NCBI GenBank assembly: GCA_048939465.1
Contig: JBHLPL010000083.1
Location: 1 to 8,581, forward strand
From: Promethearchaeota archaeon
GTDB lineage: Archaea; Asgardarchaeota; Odinarchaeia; Odinarchaeales; JBHLKK01
Direction: 5' to 3'
Length of the DNA stretch: 8,581 nt
Shown: positions 7,075 through 8,581 of the stretch, piece by piece
How the letters are laid out: every line of letters begins with the position of its first letter
Numbering within the stretch: the stretch's first letter is position 1
Translations under genes and position numbers: made by a program
Notes under the pieces: model-generated
Seen by the model: the letters and a program-made list of their open reading frames with translations, nothing else
What the model was told of the DNA's origin: nothing
Databases searched by the model: none

Positions 7075-7134
7075 TTATTTGCATTTCTTCTTTGCTTTTT
7101 CTGTTCCTTCTGGCTTTGCTTTCTTTTTGCCCAT
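7075..7134 (-). CDS. 19-aa Lys-rich micro-protein MGKKKAKPEGTEKAKKKCK
   Basis: ATG at 7134 with SD GAAGGTGAT (7150-7142) 7 nt upstream, the same AGGTGAT as before the flavodoxin. Stop TAA at 7077-7075, followed by a T-tract. Confidence 0.62.
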   Translation of the reverse strand: MGKKKAKPEGTEKAKKKCK

Positions 7135-7176
7135 AGCCGGTATCACCTTCTCTTTTGTCGGTTCTTTTGATCCAAA

Positions 7177-7236
7177 TCACCAATCATCTTCCCAGTCGTC
7201 GTCAAATTCAGCATCTTCATCCCATTCTTCTTCCAT
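7177..7236 (-). CDS. 19-aa acidic Trp-rich micro-protein MEEEWDEDAEFDDDWEDDW (open frame extends upstream to ATG 7353, 58 aa)
   Basis: ATG at 7236 is preceded by the SD-like AGGTGG and a candidate promoter at 7285-7296. 13/19 residues are D/E, with 3 W and 1 F. Stop TGA at 7179-7177. Confidence 0.58.
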   Translation of the reverse strand: MEEEWDEDAEFDDDWEDDW

Positions 7237-7284
7237 TTCTTGCCACCACCTGTATTTGGATTCTTCTAGATAGTAATAATTCAG

Positions 7285-7296
7285 ATTAATGTTTTT
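7285..7296 (-). promoter_or_regulatory. Candidate BRE+TATA promoter for the micro-ORF pair
   Basis: The minus strand reads AAAAAC-ATTAAT, the same A-run/C/AT-box layout as the other promoters in the window, ~50 nt upstream of ATG 7236. Confidence 0.4.
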
Positions 7297-7504
7297 GGCC
7301 CACAGAATCGGCCCAAGAAAGGCTACTTCTGAGAGTAATCGCACCAACATCATTTATTCTCACGACATAAGACATCTTTGAAAGAATTTCTGGAAAATAA
7401 GAAGAAAGCGCAACAATCTTTCCGAAAAAGGTGTTTCTTCTCAAGAGAGAATCTGTCGCATTTTGTGATAACAATAATAGGCTTTTTATGTCAATATCTA
7501 TAGG

Positions 7505-7514
7505 TTTATTTATA
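7505..7514 (+). promoter_or_regulatory. TATA box (TTTATTTATA) for leaderless expression of 7538..8314; reads TATAAATA on the minus strand
   Basis: Ends 23 nt before ATG 7538. There is no SD before the ATG. Confidence 0.5.
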
Positions 7515-7537
7515 GGAACCAATTACGGATATCCCTC

Positions 7538-8314
7538 ATGACATCACAAACTGTCTATATCATAGTCAGAGGTCAAGGAGAAAGCGGCAGAATTCCAGTG
7601 AAGAGACTTCTCCAGACAGACTTGGAAAGAATAGGGCAAGGCTTTTACGTCGCTAATGGGAGTAAGACGGAATCCTTACATACCTTGCTTCCAGCGGACA
7701 GCGTATTTCTCTTTAAAAGAACTAGGAATTTGATCAAACCCTTGATAAATCCCTCGCAGGATTCGTACCTGCTGGGAAGTCTGGTCATTATAGCTTATAA
7801 AAGGATACCAAAGGACCCCAAAGTCAGAAAAAGGCTACAAAGATTGCTCTTCAAAGCCCCTTGCTTTAGACTCCGCAAAGGTACTTACGCCTTCATTCAG
7901 TTAAAACCCTCTGTTTACAGAAGATTCAGAAATATAGTTAGTCCGTCGAAATTTGTTAATGAAATCAGGAAGCAAGGCGGGGAAGTCACAGTAGTCTCCA
8001 GAGTGGCACTTGAGAATAAGCGTCTAAGCATGAAACTGCTACAAGAGTTTAAGTCATTAATCCTAGGAAGAATCGACCTGATTTCAGAAAAGAGTAAATC
8101 GATGATGGGTCAGTTGAGAGGTGGAGAGTATTCGGAGGAAAACATGAAGAAAGAGCTAAGCAGCATCAGAAAGAAGTTAATATTGATGAAACGCTTGATG
8201 CATTTTGTCTCAAGAATTATGAACATGAATCTGAGCAAAGAATATACTAAGGCACTCAACTCCTACATGAGATGCCGTCAAGCATTCAGGGAAATGCTTG
8301 TTATTCCTCTCTGA
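7538..8314 (+). CDS. Basic hypothetical protein with Cas2-like ferredoxin-fold (ChrB_N / PaaX-middle-like) motifs and a C-terminal helical/coiled-coil region
   Basis: LVIIAYKRIPKDPKVRKRLQRLLFKAPCFRLRKGTYAF...EIRKQGGEVTVV follows the beta-helix-beta pattern of ChrB_N/PaaX-type domains and is followed by long amphipathic helices. The ORF is well supported; the fold call is by eye. Confidence 0.6.
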   Translation: MTSQTVYIIVRGQGESGRIPVKRLLQTDLERIGQGFYVANGSKTESLHTLLPADSVFLFKRTRNLIKPLINPSQDSYLLGSLVIIAYKRIPKDPKVRKRLQRLLFKAPCFRLRKGTYAFIQLKPSVYRRFRNIVSPSKFVNEIRKQGGEVTVVSRVALENKRLSMKLLQEFKSLILGRIDLISEKSKSMMGQLRGGEYSEENMKKELSSIRKKLILMKRLMHFVSRIMNMNLSKEYTKALNSYMRCRQAFREMLVIPL

Positions 8315-8341
8315 AACCTTTGCATGGGCCCGTGAAATAAA

Positions 8342-8372
8342 GCTTCTTAAGAAAACTCTGCGTCTTAGAAGC
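8342..8372. terminator. Hairpin between convergent genes, possible terminator
   Basis: GCTTCT(T)AAGA-N10-TCTTAGAAGC forms a 10-bp stem with one bulge. Confidence 0.3.
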
Positions 8373-8405
8373 GAAACGGTCATTTCCATTTCATTAGGTA
8401 CCCTG

Positions 8406-8579
8406 CTATGGACCGAGATCTTGGCTGAAGCCGGGGCTTTTATTTGCTTTCTGCTTTAGTCTTTCGTAATTCTCGCCAATCTTCTTCAGCAATTCTTCTG
8501 CCCTATCGCGTTTATTCGAAGTCACAGCTTCAAAGAAATCTTCCACATCAGAGCTATGTTTTGAGCTGTTGTATCCGAC
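8406..8579 (-). CDS. C-terminal fragment of an unidentified protein (gene starts beyond the window)
   Basis: Manual translation: VGYNSSKHSSDVEDFFEAVTSNKRDRAEELLKKIGENYERLKQKANKSPGFSQDLGP*. The frame is open from the window edge to TAG 8408-8406, and the composition is protein-like and helical. Confidence 0.7.
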   Translation of the reverse strand, partial: VGYNSSKHSSDVEDFFEAVTSNKRDRAEELLKKIGENYERLKQKANKSPGFSQDLGP

Positions 8580-8581
8580 AA

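Noticed and set aside
7075-7086. Polybasic tail plus Cys (KKKCK) suggesting CaaX-type prenylation
   Set aside because: Only one residue follows the Cys, so it is not CaaX, and such prenylation is not established in archaea.
7177-7179. Genome-wide TGA reassignment (code 4/25) to explain the in-frame TGA
   Set aside because: TGA ends several clear genes in this window at their expected C-termini (190, 662, 1172, 2360, 4754).
6977-7273. Plus-strand 98-aa ORF rich in Phe/Ser
   Set aside because: Its F- and S-runs are the reverse complement of the K-rich and D/E-rich micro-ORFs, which carry the SD and terminator signals.
7286-7522. Minus-strand 78-aa ORF
   Set aside because: Non-ATG start inside the TATA region, no SD and no motif. 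More likely regulatory spacer.
7538-8581. CRISPR-Cas locus suggested by Cas2-like motifs
   Set aside because: No repeat-spacer array, no cas1 or other cas genes, and no catalytic YD motif.

Overview
Archaeal genomic window, judged from a proteasome beta subunit, BRE/TATA promoters and GGAGG/AGGTGA Shine-Dalgarno sites. TGA is a normal stop. An Asgard-like or related anaerobic lineage is plausible but cannot be shown from sequence alone. The left two-thirds (+ strand) is a lipid/acyl metabolism neighbourhood: two tandem DUF35 Zn-ribbon/OB-fold genes, SCP2 lipid-binding protein A, Fe-dependent alcohol dehydrogenase, tungsten aldehyde:ferredoxin oxidoreductase, flavodoxin and a second SCP2 paralogue B (96/134 aa identical by my manual alignment). 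Next on the - strand come an active proteasome beta subunit and a 255-aa conserved-looking hypothetical. The most unexpected item is absent from the ORF track: two tandem, same-frame 19-aa micro-ORFs on the - strand, one strongly acidic and Trp-rich (MEEEWDEDAEFDDDWEDDW) and one Lys-rich (MGKKKAKPEGTEKAKKKCK). Each has an SD-like site, and the pair is flanked by a candidate promoter and a T-tract terminator. They lie divergent from a basic 258-aa protein with Cas2-like/ChrB_N/PaaX-like ferredoxin-fold motifs. The window ends in the C-terminus of an unidentified - strand gene. No CRISPR array, rRNA, tRNA or transposase was seen.
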